From NCBI GenBank assembly GCA_964400885.1, contig CAYNWH010000002.1, forward strand, positions 24,668 to 85,582: DNA of 60,915 bases, given 5' to 3'. This DNA is from an uncultured Gammaproteobacteria bacterium (GTDB taxonomy: Bacteria > Patescibacteriota > Patescibacteriia > CAIXNZ01). The notes beneath the pieces are model-generated. The model saw only the letters and a program-made list of their open reading frames with translations. It had not been told where the DNA came from and made no database searches. This document shows, one piece after another, positions 8,525 through 16,566 of this stretch (its first letter is position 1; every line of letters starts with the position of its first letter). Position numbers and translations under genes: made by a program.

Positions 8525-8629
8525 GGCGAAACTACCTTTTGTCCTTTCCCTGTCATCCTGAGCAAAGCGAAGGATCTGTGAATTTATAAATTCTTCGTTG
8601 CACTCAGAATAACAAAAGGCAGTTTCGCC
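8525..8629. repeat. Nested palindromic (REP/MITE-like) element between glyA and folD
   Basis: Outer arms ggcgaaactaccttttgt / acaaaaggcagtttcgcc; inner inverted modules tgtcatcctgagcaaagcgaaggatc / ttcttcgttgcactcagaat. Confidence 0.7.
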
Positions 8630-8641
8630 CTAAATTATAAT

Positions 8642-9439
8642 ATGTCTGCCCAACTCATTGATGGTAAAAAACTTGCCAATGAAATTTTAGCCAATTTGGC
8701 TAAAAAAATATCTAAACTTAAAAAACGTCCTGGTTTGGCTGCTGTTTCAATTGGTGATAATGAAGCCTCAAAACTTTATCTTAAGCTTAAAGAAAAAGCC
8801 TGCCACAATGTCGGTATTGATTTTCATTCATATTTTATAGAAAAAGATTGCTCTGAAAAAAAAGTTTTGGAAGTTATTGATTTTTTAAATCAAGATCCAC
8901 AAATTAACGGCATTTTAATCCAGCTGCCTTTGCCAAAAAGATTCAACACCAATAAAGTCATCAAAGCCATAAAGCCAGCCAAAGATATTGACGGCTTTCA
9001 CCCGCAAACAAAAATTATTTCACCCAACATTTTAGGTATTCTTGAACTGATTAAAGCAACCAGCGAAAATTTAAAAAATAAAAAAGTTACCATTTTAAGT
9101 AATTCAAAATTATTCGCAAAACCATTCAAAAAATTATTACCGCAATGTAAAATAAATTATTCCAATCCCCAATCTCCAATTTCTAGTCTCAAATCTCAAA
9201 CAAAAAATTCAGATATTCTCATCACTGCCCTTGGCAAACCTAAATTCATTAAACCAACCATGATTAAGAAAGACGCCATTTTAATTGATGTGGGCATAAA
9301 CAAAGTGCGAGGCAAAACAGTCGGTGATATTGACCCGGCTTGCGATAAAGTGGCAGCTTTCCGTTCACCTGTACCTGGCGGTGTAGGGCCAATGACAGTG
9401 GCTATGCTTTTGCAGAATTTAATAAAAATGGTAAAGTAA
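8642..9439 (+). CDS. folD: Methylenetetrahydrofolate dehydrogenase/cyclohydrolase (divergent)
   Basis: 265 aa; ASKLYLKLKEK, KDIDGFHP, PVPGGVGPMTVAML; dinucleotide loop is degenerate (ILSNSKLFAKP). Confidence 0.8.
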   Translation: MSAQLIDGKKLANEILANLAKKISKLKKRPGLAAVSIGDNEASKLYLKLKEKACHNVGIDFHSYFIEKDCSEKKVLEVIDFLNQDPQINGILIQLPLPKRFNTNKVIKAIKPAKDIDGFHPQTKIISPNILGILELIKATSENLKNKKVTILSNSKLFAKPFKKLLPQCKINYSNPQSPISSLKSQTKNSDILITALGKPKFIKPTMIKKDAILIDVGINKVRGKTVGDIDPACDKVAAFRSPVPGGVGPMTVAMLLQNLIKMVK

Positions 9440-9459
9440 ATTTAAAGGAGGGGCTCAAA

Positions 9460-9540
9460 ATGGCTTTACAAATCATTTTGACATTAGGCTTTATATGGTT
9501 AGTCGGATCAAGTTGGGACGAAGGAGATGGATATGATTAA
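9460..9540 (+). CDS. Possible 26-aa small hydrophobic peptide
   Basis: AAGGAGG SD 8 nt upstream of ATG; MALQIILTLGFIWLVGSSWDEGDGYD; followed by terminator at 9561-9594. Confidence 0.3.
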   Translation: MALQIILTLGFIWLVGSSWDEGDGYD

Positions 9541-9560
9541 AAAATGCTCTTTAGTGCGAC

Positions 9561-9594
9561 AAAAAAAGCGGACGTTCCTGACGCCCGCTTTTTA
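9561..9594. terminator. Bidirectional intrinsic terminator
   Basis: A-run, agcggacg-ttcctga-cgcccgct, T-run; lies between convergent units. Confidence 0.6.
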
Positions 9595-9619
9595 TATTTA
9601 ATTGTCTAATTACAAATTC

Positions 9620-10117
9620 CTAGCTACCGAGTTCCTTTTTCCAAGCATCTACTAATTCTCCATCAATATCTATCAGAATAACTTTTTCCAGATTAATCGG
9701 ATTTAATTTTTTGATTTCAGTAATCATTATTTTAGCTGCCTTATCTTTAGGAAAATCACCAATACCCGTGCCCATACCTGGCATGGCAATAGTTTTAAAA
9801 CCCTGATCATCAGCTAAAAGCAGAGCGCCGCGCACAGCCATTTCCACATTATAATCCATGGCTTTTTCAGCCGGACTTTCCATGGTCGGAGCATGAATAA
9901 CTGCTTTGTAAGGCAATTTACCAGCTGTGGTAGCTACGGCTTTGCCGACTTCTAATGGCGCTTTAGCCAATACTTCTTCTTCTATTTCTGGCCCGCCGAT
10001 TTTTTTTATAGCACCAGCTGATCCGCCACCCATCCAGCCCATAGCATTTGCTGGATTAACAATAGCATCAGCTTTAACTTTGGTAATGTCGCCTTTTTGA
10101 ATTTGGATATCTAGCAT
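9620..10117 (-). CDS. Macro-domain protein (ADP-ribose binding/hydrolase family)
   Basis: 165 aa; GDITKVKADAIVNPAN, GGGSAGAI, HAPTM motifs. Confidence 0.8.
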   Translation of the reverse strand: MLDIQIQKGDITKVKADAIVNPANAMGWMGGGSAGAIKKIGGPEIEEEVLAKAPLEVGKAVATTAGKLPYKAVIHAPTMESPAEKAMDYNVEMAVRGALLLADDQGFKTIAMPGMGTGIGDFPKDKAAKIMITEIKKLNPINLEKVILIDIDGELVDAWKKELGS

Positions 10118-10140
10118 ATTTTAGATTTTAGTGTTTTAGC

Positions 10141-10190
10141 GTCTTAGAATTTTAGTTCTAAAATGCTAAAATTCTATAACTCTATAACTC
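10141..10190. repeat. AT-rich palindromic spacer repeat, copy 2
   Basis: gtcttagaattttagttctaaaatgctaaaattctataactctataactc; matches 42-88. Confidence 0.55.
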
Positions 10191-10212
10191 TAATTATATT
10201 ATACCACAATGT

Positions 10213-10683
10213 TTATTTTTCTTTAAGCTTCATTATCAACCAGGAATTTTTACTAAATCCGGTTTTTACTAAAGCATAACGTCCTTTAAGTTTTTTACCC
10301 TGCAAAATAATCTCAATTTCTTTATCGGTTCTATTTAATAATTCAAATTTACCTTTGTCCCAAATTTTAACAATGCCAGCGCCATAATTACCTTTAGGAA
10401 TAATGCCTTGAAAATTAATATAATCAACCGGATGATCTTCCACGGCGACGGCTAAACGTTTAACGCCAACCTTTTCTGGTGGTCCTTTGGGCACAGCCCA
10501 AGATTTTAAGACAATATTGTTACTACCGATTTTATCTTCCATTTCCAAACGAAAATCCCAATGCAAATGGCTGGCATGGTGTTCTTGGACCACAAAACGA
10601 ACAAGCGATTTTTTAAGCGCCTTACCTTTAGGTTCTGAGGTTTTATTAAATTTACGTTTGGCCTGATATTTTTCTAAGGACAT
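10213..10683 (-). CDS. Stand-alone LigD-type 3'-phosphoesterase (PE) domain protein
   Basis: 156 aa; FVVQEHHASHLHWDFRLE and SWAVPKGP are the hallmark LigD-PE motifs; no ligase, polymerase or Ku nearby. Confidence 0.8.
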   Translation of the reverse strand: MSLEKYQAKRKFNKTSEPKGKALKKSLVRFVVQEHHASHLHWDFRLEMEDKIGSNNIVLKSWAVPKGPPEKVGVKRLAVAVEDHPVDYINFQGIIPKGNYGAGIVKIWDKGKFELLNRTDKEIEIILQGKKLKGRYALVKTGFSKNSWLIMKLKEK

Positions 10684-10740
10684 ATTGACAAAATATTAAA
10701 TTTCTAGTAATATTTAAAATCAAACAAAAGGAGGAATGAA

Positions 10741-11001
10741 ATGAACTACGGAGAGAAATGGATGGCTCTATCTGAAAATTACCTTTGGATGATGCTTACG
10801 GGCGCAGATGAAAGAAGCAAAGAAGTTAGACACATCAGAAAAGAACTCTCGCTGCATTTAGCCAATGCTTCCGATGCTGATCTGGAGACAATGATGCAAG
10901 CTCATAACCGTTACTTTCCGGATAGGCCTAAAACCATTGAAGATTTAAAAAAATTAAGGAAGCATCATCAGGAAAAACAAAAGAACAAAAGACGCTGGTA
11001 A
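10741..11001 (+). CDS. Hypothetical protein (86 aa), GC-richer cassette
   Basis: TTGACA-N17-TAATAT promoter, AAAGGAGG SD, hairpin+T-run terminator at ~11022-11047. Confidence 0.6.
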   Translation: MNYGEKWMALSENYLWMMLTGADERSKEVRHIRKELSLHLANASDADLETMMQAHNRYFPDRPKTIEDLKKLRKHHQEKQKNKRRW

Positions 11002-11134
11002 TTAAATGGTTTTCCCTATCAAGTCGAGGTTCACCTCGGCTTTTTTTGTTGGATATTAATTTACTAATCCATTACCAATATACTAATATTGCCACATTCG
11101 TATATTCGTATATATTCGTAATTTAGTAAGATAT

Positions 11135-13231
11135 TCAATCCTCTAAATCTTCATATGTCACTGAACTTAAAAATTCATGTTTTCTTAAATTCTTAGCTGG
11201 TTTGTCAAAATCAATTTCCTCATCATCTTCATCATAAATTTCTCCATCCTCATTAACCTGCCAAGGTTCAAACAAAGAATCATCAAGTTCAGAAATAAAA
11301 CTTGAGGGTTTATTAATATTCGTGCCTGTCAAATATGAAGTGGAAATGATCGGATAAGTTAAATAAAGTTCATCCTTGGCTCTGGTTACAGCCACATAAA
11401 ATAAACGGCGTTCTTCCTCTATTTCTTCAGGATGATCATAAATTTTATAATGCGGAAACTGGCCCTCAGCCAACCCTATCAAAAATACATATTTCCATTC
11501 CAAACCTTTGGCCTGATGAATTGTGCTTAAAACCAGCATTTCATCCGGCCCTTCCTGATAACCTTCAACACTTTCCCCTTTAAAGCCTTCTGACAATGTC
11601 ACGTCGGACAAAAAATCTTCCAACTTTTTATATTGTAAAGCGAAATTAGCCAGCTGGTTCAAATCCTCCAACCGATCTTTAGCGTTTTCAAAATTAGTTT
11701 TTAAATAAGCCTCGTAATCAGCCTTTAAAATCTGCCTAATTGCTGTGGCAATAAATTCATTTTTTTGTTCCAGCAAAAATTTAAACAAACTGTTTAATTT
11801 CTCTAAACTGCGGATTATTTTAGGCGAACCGGAAATTTGGTTTAATTTTTCAACTGCTGATTTAAAATTAGAAACAGCATTTAATTCCTGCCAGATTTTT
11901 TCCGCATTAGTCGCACCAATGCCTTCATACAAAAGCAAAACCCGTTTCCAGGCCATTTCATCCTGATAATTGGCAATAATTTTCAAATAAGCAACCACAT
12001 CTTTAATATGAGCTTGTTCAAAAAATTTAATGCCCCCGCGCATAGTATAAGGAATATTTCTTTTATTTAATTCTAATTCCATTTCCATGGCCTGAAAACT
12101 GGAGCGGAACAAAATCGCCATATCATTTAAAGATGAACCTTCTTCCTGCAATTCCAAAATCCTTTGGGCAATAAATTGGGCCTGTTGTTCCCCGTCGCGC
12201 AAAGCTACTAAAGCCGGGCGTTGCTTGTGTTCAATAATTGTGTTCAAGACTTTTTGGTACTGATTTAAATTATTGGCAATGCTGTCATTAGCCAGATTTA
12301 AAATTTCCGGTGAGGAACGATAATTGGTTTCAATCTTAAAAATTTTTGTGCCTTTAAATTTTTCCGGAAAACTTAAAATATTATTAATATCAGCGGCGCG
12401 AAAAGAATAAATTGATTGGCAATCATCGCCAACCACCAAAACATTTTTATGAACTGAAGCCAATTGGTTAATTATGGCGCCCTGGATGTAATTAGTATCC
12501 TGATATTCATCCACCAAAATATATTTAAACTGGCTAGCTAATTTATTTTTAATTATTTTATCTTGTTTTAAAAGTTTTAACCAATTAATCAATAAATCAT
12601 CAAAATCCATAACATTAGTTTTCTGCTTTTTCCTTTGATAGGCCTTATTAATTATTTCAATGACTGGGATTAGCTTAGGGCCTAAATAGCTGTATTTTAA
12701 TTCCACGACTTCGCTAATTGGTTTTTGGCTATTGGAAGCAAAGGAAATAATATTTAAAATAATATCAGCTTTGGGAAAATATTTATCTTTATAATTTAAA
12801 TTTAACTCACCCATTACAGCTTTGAGCAAAGTCTTGGCATCTTCCTGGTCTAAAATGGTGAATTTATTATCATAGCCTAAATTCTTGGCATAGCGCCGTA
12901 AAATAATATTGCCAATGTGGTGAAAGGTACCGCCCCATAAACCTTTAGGCTGGCATTTTAATAACACTTCTACTCTATTTAACATTTCCTTGGCGGCTTT
13001 ATTAGTAAAAGTGACTAAAAGAATATTTTTAGGATTAATGCCTTTTTCCACCAAATAAGCCACGCGATAAACCAAAGTCCGGGTTTTGCCTGATCCAGCG
13101 CCAGCCAAAACCAAACAAGGACCATCTCCATGCAAAACAACGTCCAGTTGTTCTTTATTCAATTCGTTTTGGTAATCTATTTTAAAATTACCAAGACAAA
13201 CATTCTCCTGATGTAATTTATATTGTTTCAT
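11135..13231 (-). CDS. uvrD: UvrD/PcrA/Rep-family ATP-dependent DNA helicase
   Basis: 698 aa; AGAGSGKTRTL Walker A, VDEYQDTN motif II, TIHQAKGLEW, YVAVTRAK. Confidence 0.9.
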   Translation of the reverse strand: MKQYKLHQENVCLGNFKIDYQNELNKEQLDVVLHGDGPCLVLAGAGSGKTRTLVYRVAYLVEKGINPKNILLVTFTNKAAKEMLNRVEVLLKCQPKGLWGGTFHHIGNIILRRYAKNLGYDNKFTILDQEDAKTLLKAVMGELNLNYKDKYFPKADIILNIISFASNSQKPISEVVELKYSYLGPKLIPVIEIINKAYQRKKQKTNVMDFDDLLINWLKLLKQDKIIKNKLASQFKYILVDEYQDTNYIQGAIINQLASVHKNVLVVGDDCQSIYSFRAADINNILSFPEKFKGTKIFKIETNYRSSPEILNLANDSIANNLNQYQKVLNTIIEHKQRPALVALRDGEQQAQFIAQRILELQEEGSSLNDMAILFRSSFQAMEMELELNKRNIPYTMRGGIKFFEQAHIKDVVAYLKIIANYQDEMAWKRVLLLYEGIGATNAEKIWQELNAVSNFKSAVEKLNQISGSPKIIRSLEKLNSLFKFLLEQKNEFIATAIRQILKADYEAYLKTNFENAKDRLEDLNQLANFALQYKKLEDFLSDVTLSEGFKGESVEGYQEGPDEMLVLSTIHQAKGLEWKYVFLIGLAEGQFPHYKIYDHPEEIEEERRLFYVAVTRAKDELYLTYPIISTSYLTGTNINKPSSFISELDDSLFEPWQVNEDGEIYDEDDEEIDFDKPAKNLRKHEFLSSVTYEDLED

Positions 13232-13260
13232 GCAATTTATTTTAACAAAAAAAAATCATT

Positions 13261-13378
13261 CTGTCATATCAGGGCAAAGCCTTGGTTTAGACAGGCGAAA
13301 ACGGTCCGTGTATTTGTAGAGACGTGACATGTCATGCCTCTACGTTAATACCATTCCCCCATTCAAGCCGTTTTCGCC
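13261..13378. repeat. Nested palindromic element at the left edge of the GC-rich island
   Basis: CTGTCATATCAGGGCAAAGC module; outer arms ggcgaaaacgg / ccgttttcgcc (13294-13304, 13368-13378); inner near-perfect palindrome gtagagacgtgacatgtcatgcctctac. Confidence 0.7.
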
Positions 13379-13380
13379 CA

Positions 13381-13410
13381 AAAGAAAAAGACCCGCGCAT
13401 TGCACGGGTC
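13381..13410 (-). terminator. Intrinsic terminator of the 352-aa gene
   Basis: minus strand: gacccg-tgcaatgcg-cgggtc followed by TTTTTCTTT. Confidence 0.65.
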
Positions 13411-13430
13411 AAGTAATCATGGTGAATGAA

Positions 13431-14489
13431 TTAATAATAACGCCATTCAATACGATGATCATCGCTGAGACGGTCAGGATTGCCTGATAACTCATCCTTC
13501 CAAGGGAATGAATTAACAGGAACGAATTGATAACTAAAACCGTCGGTAAACCGCCAATCATCGTCATGTCCAGTGGAATTATCCAGCATGTCAAGTATAC
13601 CGTATTGGGTGTAACAAGGACCATAAGCATAGCCACATTTGAAATCACCCTTAAATGAAAGCTGAAAATATTCCAAAGGAACTAATGGAGTAATAACAAG
13701 ACGAGGTAAATGGTCATAGCCTCGTCTGAATTTGAGCTGAACATAAGCACTCGGAGATTGCTCATAAATACTGCCTGACAAGGATTGCTGAATGCTCGGT
13801 TGATCCCAAGGGCTATCATGTTTCTGAAATCGAGATTTTATTCTCCATTTCAAGTAAAACATTTTATCAAGGCATTTTCTCCAGATACTACGATTAGCAA
13901 GTTCCTGGAGATATTCCTCATGTTCTGCATCAGCTTCCTCTTCCCATGAGGTCTTAAGACCAAGATGAGGAAGTAATCTGGTGTTGTAATCATCCCATGC
14001 ATCCCGCATGATCTGACCAACTAGCCAGCTATCCTGTTTACAGATTGGAAAAGTCATATGCCTGAATTCATACAAATATTCAGCCTGAAAAGGATTCCAG
14101 CGTTTTGACATTAATTCCCCAAGACGCTCGTAAATTTCTGAGTAAGGGCGTAACAAAAGCCGAAAGACTTCATCAAATTCATCATCGCTAAGGCAAGGAG
14201 TATCGCTATCACGATTAAATTGTTCGTTATAGCTTTTAATCCAAGCCTGGCGAGGTGTAAGTTGACGTTCAGCCTGATATTCGGCTTTTTCCATGACTGT
14301 GAATGGGTATGACAAACTATCCCACAGCCAAAAAATGTCACGAGCCTTCGGTTGTTCAGACTCATCCCAATCACGAGATTCATTCCACAATTGATGCAAG
14401 TATTTCCTGAGAGTATTAATTTCTGCATCATCAGCATCACGCAAATCAGCAGCATTGACATTGACCAAAGATTGTTTTAAGTAAATCAT
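13431..14489 (-). CDS. Hypothetical Trp/Asp/Glu-rich protein (352 aa)
   Basis: Long ORF with CGAGGAGG SD; no recognised domain; intermediate GC. Confidence 0.65.
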   Translation of the reverse strand: MIYLKQSLVNVNAADLRDADDAEINTLRKYLHQLWNESRDWDESEQPKARDIFWLWDSLSYPFTVMEKAEYQAERQLTPRQAWIKSYNEQFNRDSDTPCLSDDEFDEVFRLLLRPYSEIYERLGELMSKRWNPFQAEYLYEFRHMTFPICKQDSWLVGQIMRDAWDDYNTRLLPHLGLKTSWEEEADAEHEEYLQELANRSIWRKCLDKMFYLKWRIKSRFQKHDSPWDQPSIQQSLSGSIYEQSPSAYVQLKFRRGYDHLPRLVITPLVPLEYFQLSFKGDFKCGYAYGPCYTQYGILDMLDNSTGHDDDWRFTDGFSYQFVPVNSFPWKDELSGNPDRLSDDHRIEWRYY

Positions 14490-14662
14490 AATTTACCTCC
14501 TCGTTTTGGCCCGCCTTTTGCGAACCTTGGCTAGATTGGTTGCCGTTTGGGAAACATTCTTCTTTTTTGTTCCCTTTCTTTTTTCACGGCTTCCGAGGAG
14601 GTTTTAAAAAAATATAAAGGTACATGTTCAAACAGTTTAGCGTATTTTTAAGGATTTGTCAA
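14490..14662 (-). promoter_or_regulatory. Promoter plus ~137-nt leader with anti-SD/SD pairing
   Basis: TTGACA (14657-14662)-N17-TAAACT (14634-14639); leader CCUCCUCG (14593-14601 region) is perfectly complementary to the SD CGAGGAGG (14496-14503). Confidence 0.45.
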
Positions 14663-14690
14663 TGATAGGGCTCAATCTCTTTTCCAAATT

Positions 14691-14731
14691 AAAAAGCCCC
14701 GAACCTTCCGCATAGCGGAATAGTTCGGGGC
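14691..14731 (-). terminator. Intrinsic terminator after purC
   Basis: minus strand: gccccgaac...gttcggggc 9-bp stem followed by TTTTT. Confidence 0.75.
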
Positions 14732-14747
14732 ATGTGAGGCTTAGCCC

Positions 14748-15656
14748 TTAGGCAACGCCGAGCAGCGTTGCCAAAGAAACGTCCGGAGCCTCCGGCTTGA
14801 TGTCCAGGCTGGAAAAACCGGCGGTGATTGCGGCGATCTGCTCGAACTTCTGCTTGACCACATTGGTGTCTGCGCCATCACGGTAAAGCTGTTTGTCGAG
14901 CATGCCGCCCTTATTGAGCTGGGCCATGGCATTAGCTACGCTCAGGTCAATGGTGTTAACACCGTCGACATAGGGCCAGAGACGGAACGAGCCAGCCGTG
15001 ATTTCATCCACCAGCAGGATCTCGCCTCCGGGACCCCAGCACAGCTCGTCGCGGGCATCTCTGTCCGTCAGGATGACGCCGATTTCGATCTTGTCATCCA
15101 TGTACTGGGCCTGGGACTTGGCAAAAGCCGCTTCCAGGGCCAGGAATTGCCGCAGCTTGAGCTGGGCGATCTGGCTGAACAGGTCCATTTTTTTCTTGCG
15201 CTCGATGGTCAGCAGGAATTGCGGATCCAGAAGCGGGTCATGCAGAAAATCGTCCTTGTAGAAAAACTGCAGGAAAGGCGGGGTGAAAACCGCGCCTTCG
15301 GAGATCTTGCCGGCCCACAGTTCCAGGATAGAACCAGTGGCTACCCGGCGCATGACCACTTCTAGCTTAAGGATCTGGGTCAATTTGCGCACGATGACGA
15401 TCCGCTCTTCCGGGGAACCCAGGTAGGCCATGGGAATCCCCTGACGTTTCAGAAACTCTAGGAGATCCCGATTGGTGCGCCAGTCAACCACGGCCTTGCC
15501 CTGGATGATATCGTGTTTTTGGCCGTCGCCAGCAGTGATATCATCCTTGAACTCCAGAACTTCCGTATCCTGATTCGCCTTGTTGGCCCAGACAATCTTG
15601 GTCTTGCCCTCGGCCAGCTTTTCCCCGCGTTCCCAATCTAAGTTCAACTCCGTCAT
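14748..15656 (-). CDS. purC: Phosphoribosylaminoimidazole-succinocarboxamide (SAICAR) synthase, long form
   Basis: 302 aa; GKTKIVW, EFKDDITAGDGQKHD, EVVMRRVATGS; GC-rich; AAGGAGG SD. Confidence 0.85.
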   Translation of the reverse strand: MTELNLDWERGEKLAEGKTKIVWANKANQDTEVLEFKDDITAGDGQKHDIIQGKAVVDWRTNRDLLEFLKRQGIPMAYLGSPEERIVIVRKLTQILKLEVVMRRVATGSILELWAGKISEGAVFTPPFLQFFYKDDFLHDPLLDPQFLLTIERKKKMDLFSQIAQLKLRQFLALEAAFAKSQAQYMDDKIEIGVILTDRDARDELCWGPGGEILLVDEITAGSFRLWPYVDGVNTIDLSVANAMAQLNKGGMLDKQLYRDGADTNVVKQKFEQIAAITAGFSSLDIKPEAPDVSLATLLGVA

Positions 15657-15659
15657 TTT

Positions 15660-16184
15660 TCAGTCCTCCTTTTCAGGTGATTTTTTTTTGTCCACCTCGG
15701 GGGGCCGAGGCTTTTTCTTGGCCTTGCTCTCGAAATGTTTTTCGAAAGCCATCTGATTCACCAATAAACCGGGGTTAGTGGCCAAAATAGCCAAGGCTGC
15801 ATAGCCGGCATTGGTCACGCCCATTTTACCGCTACCAACTACCATGACTGGCAGTCCTGGCGGCATGTGGATCAGGCCGTCCACATCGCAAAAACCGTCC
15901 GCGGCGTCCACTAAAGGGACCCCAATGACTGCCACATGAGGCAACTTGGCTTTGACTGCCGAAGGCAGGTCAGCCTTGAGCCCAACCACACAGATGATGA
16001 CTTTAATGTTTCGCCGATTCAATTCATAGCAAAAATCCTGAAGTTCATCTGAGTGGCGATGAGCTGACAAGACTGACATGGTCCAAGTCACCCCAAACTC
16101 ATTGAGAAGATCGTAAAGACCGCTCTCCTCAACCACCTTTTCATCACTTTGACTGCCTAAAATCACTGCAATCTGTTGTTCCAT
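15660..16184 (-). CDS. purE: PurE (N5-CAIR mutase / AIR carboxylase family) with Lys-rich C-terminal tail
   Basis: 174 aa; IAVILGSQSD, VLSAHRHS (SAHR, class-I-like), VIGVP; C-terminal KAKKKPRPPEVDKKKSPEKED. Confidence 0.8.
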   Translation of the reverse strand: MEQQIAVILGSQSDEKVVEESGLYDLLNEFGVTWTMSVLSAHRHSDELQDFCYELNRRNIKVIICVVGLKADLPSAVKAKLPHVAVIGVPLVDAADGFCDVDGLIHMPPGLPVMVVGSGKMGVTNAGYAALAILATNPGLLVNQMAFEKHFESKAKKKPRPPEVDKKKSPEKED

Positions 16185-16283
16185 CCTTTCCTCCTCTTTA
16201 TTTTGTGGTTAATCCTCGTAACCTTCTTAACTTTATTATCAAACAGCCGCTAAAGCTGTTCATTTTTTTAAAAAACTATTACT

Positions 16284-16312
16284 AAATTAACTTAACTACG
16301 AATAAAAGTCAA
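16284..16312 (-). promoter_or_regulatory. purE-purC promoter
   Basis: TTGACT-N17-TAATTT on the minus strand; the same hexamers and spacing as the purA promoter. Confidence 0.5.
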
Positions 16313-16324
16313 GAAGAGCGCACT

Positions 16325-16404
16325 CTGTCATTCAGAGGCCATGGGCCGAAGAATCCCTAACTTAATTAAATTCAGAGACTCTTCGCTAACGCTTTGAGTG
16401 ACAG
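16325..16404. repeat. Palindromic element in the purE/purH divergent region
   Basis: ctgtcattcagaggccatgggccgaagaatcc ... agactcttcgctaacgctttgagtgacag; shares the CTGTCAT-C-GAG module with 8550 and 13261. Confidence 0.65.
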
Positions 16405-16566
16405 ATTAATTCTTTTTATTGACGGATTAATCAATTTCCGCTAAGTTATAATCATTACGTCCTTTACAATCCCTTTTAACTAAGGGTTTTAGACAAAAAA
16501 AAGTTGAAATAGATTAGGTAACAAACAAATTTCAAACCCGCCTTTGGCGGACAAGGAGGAGATCAA

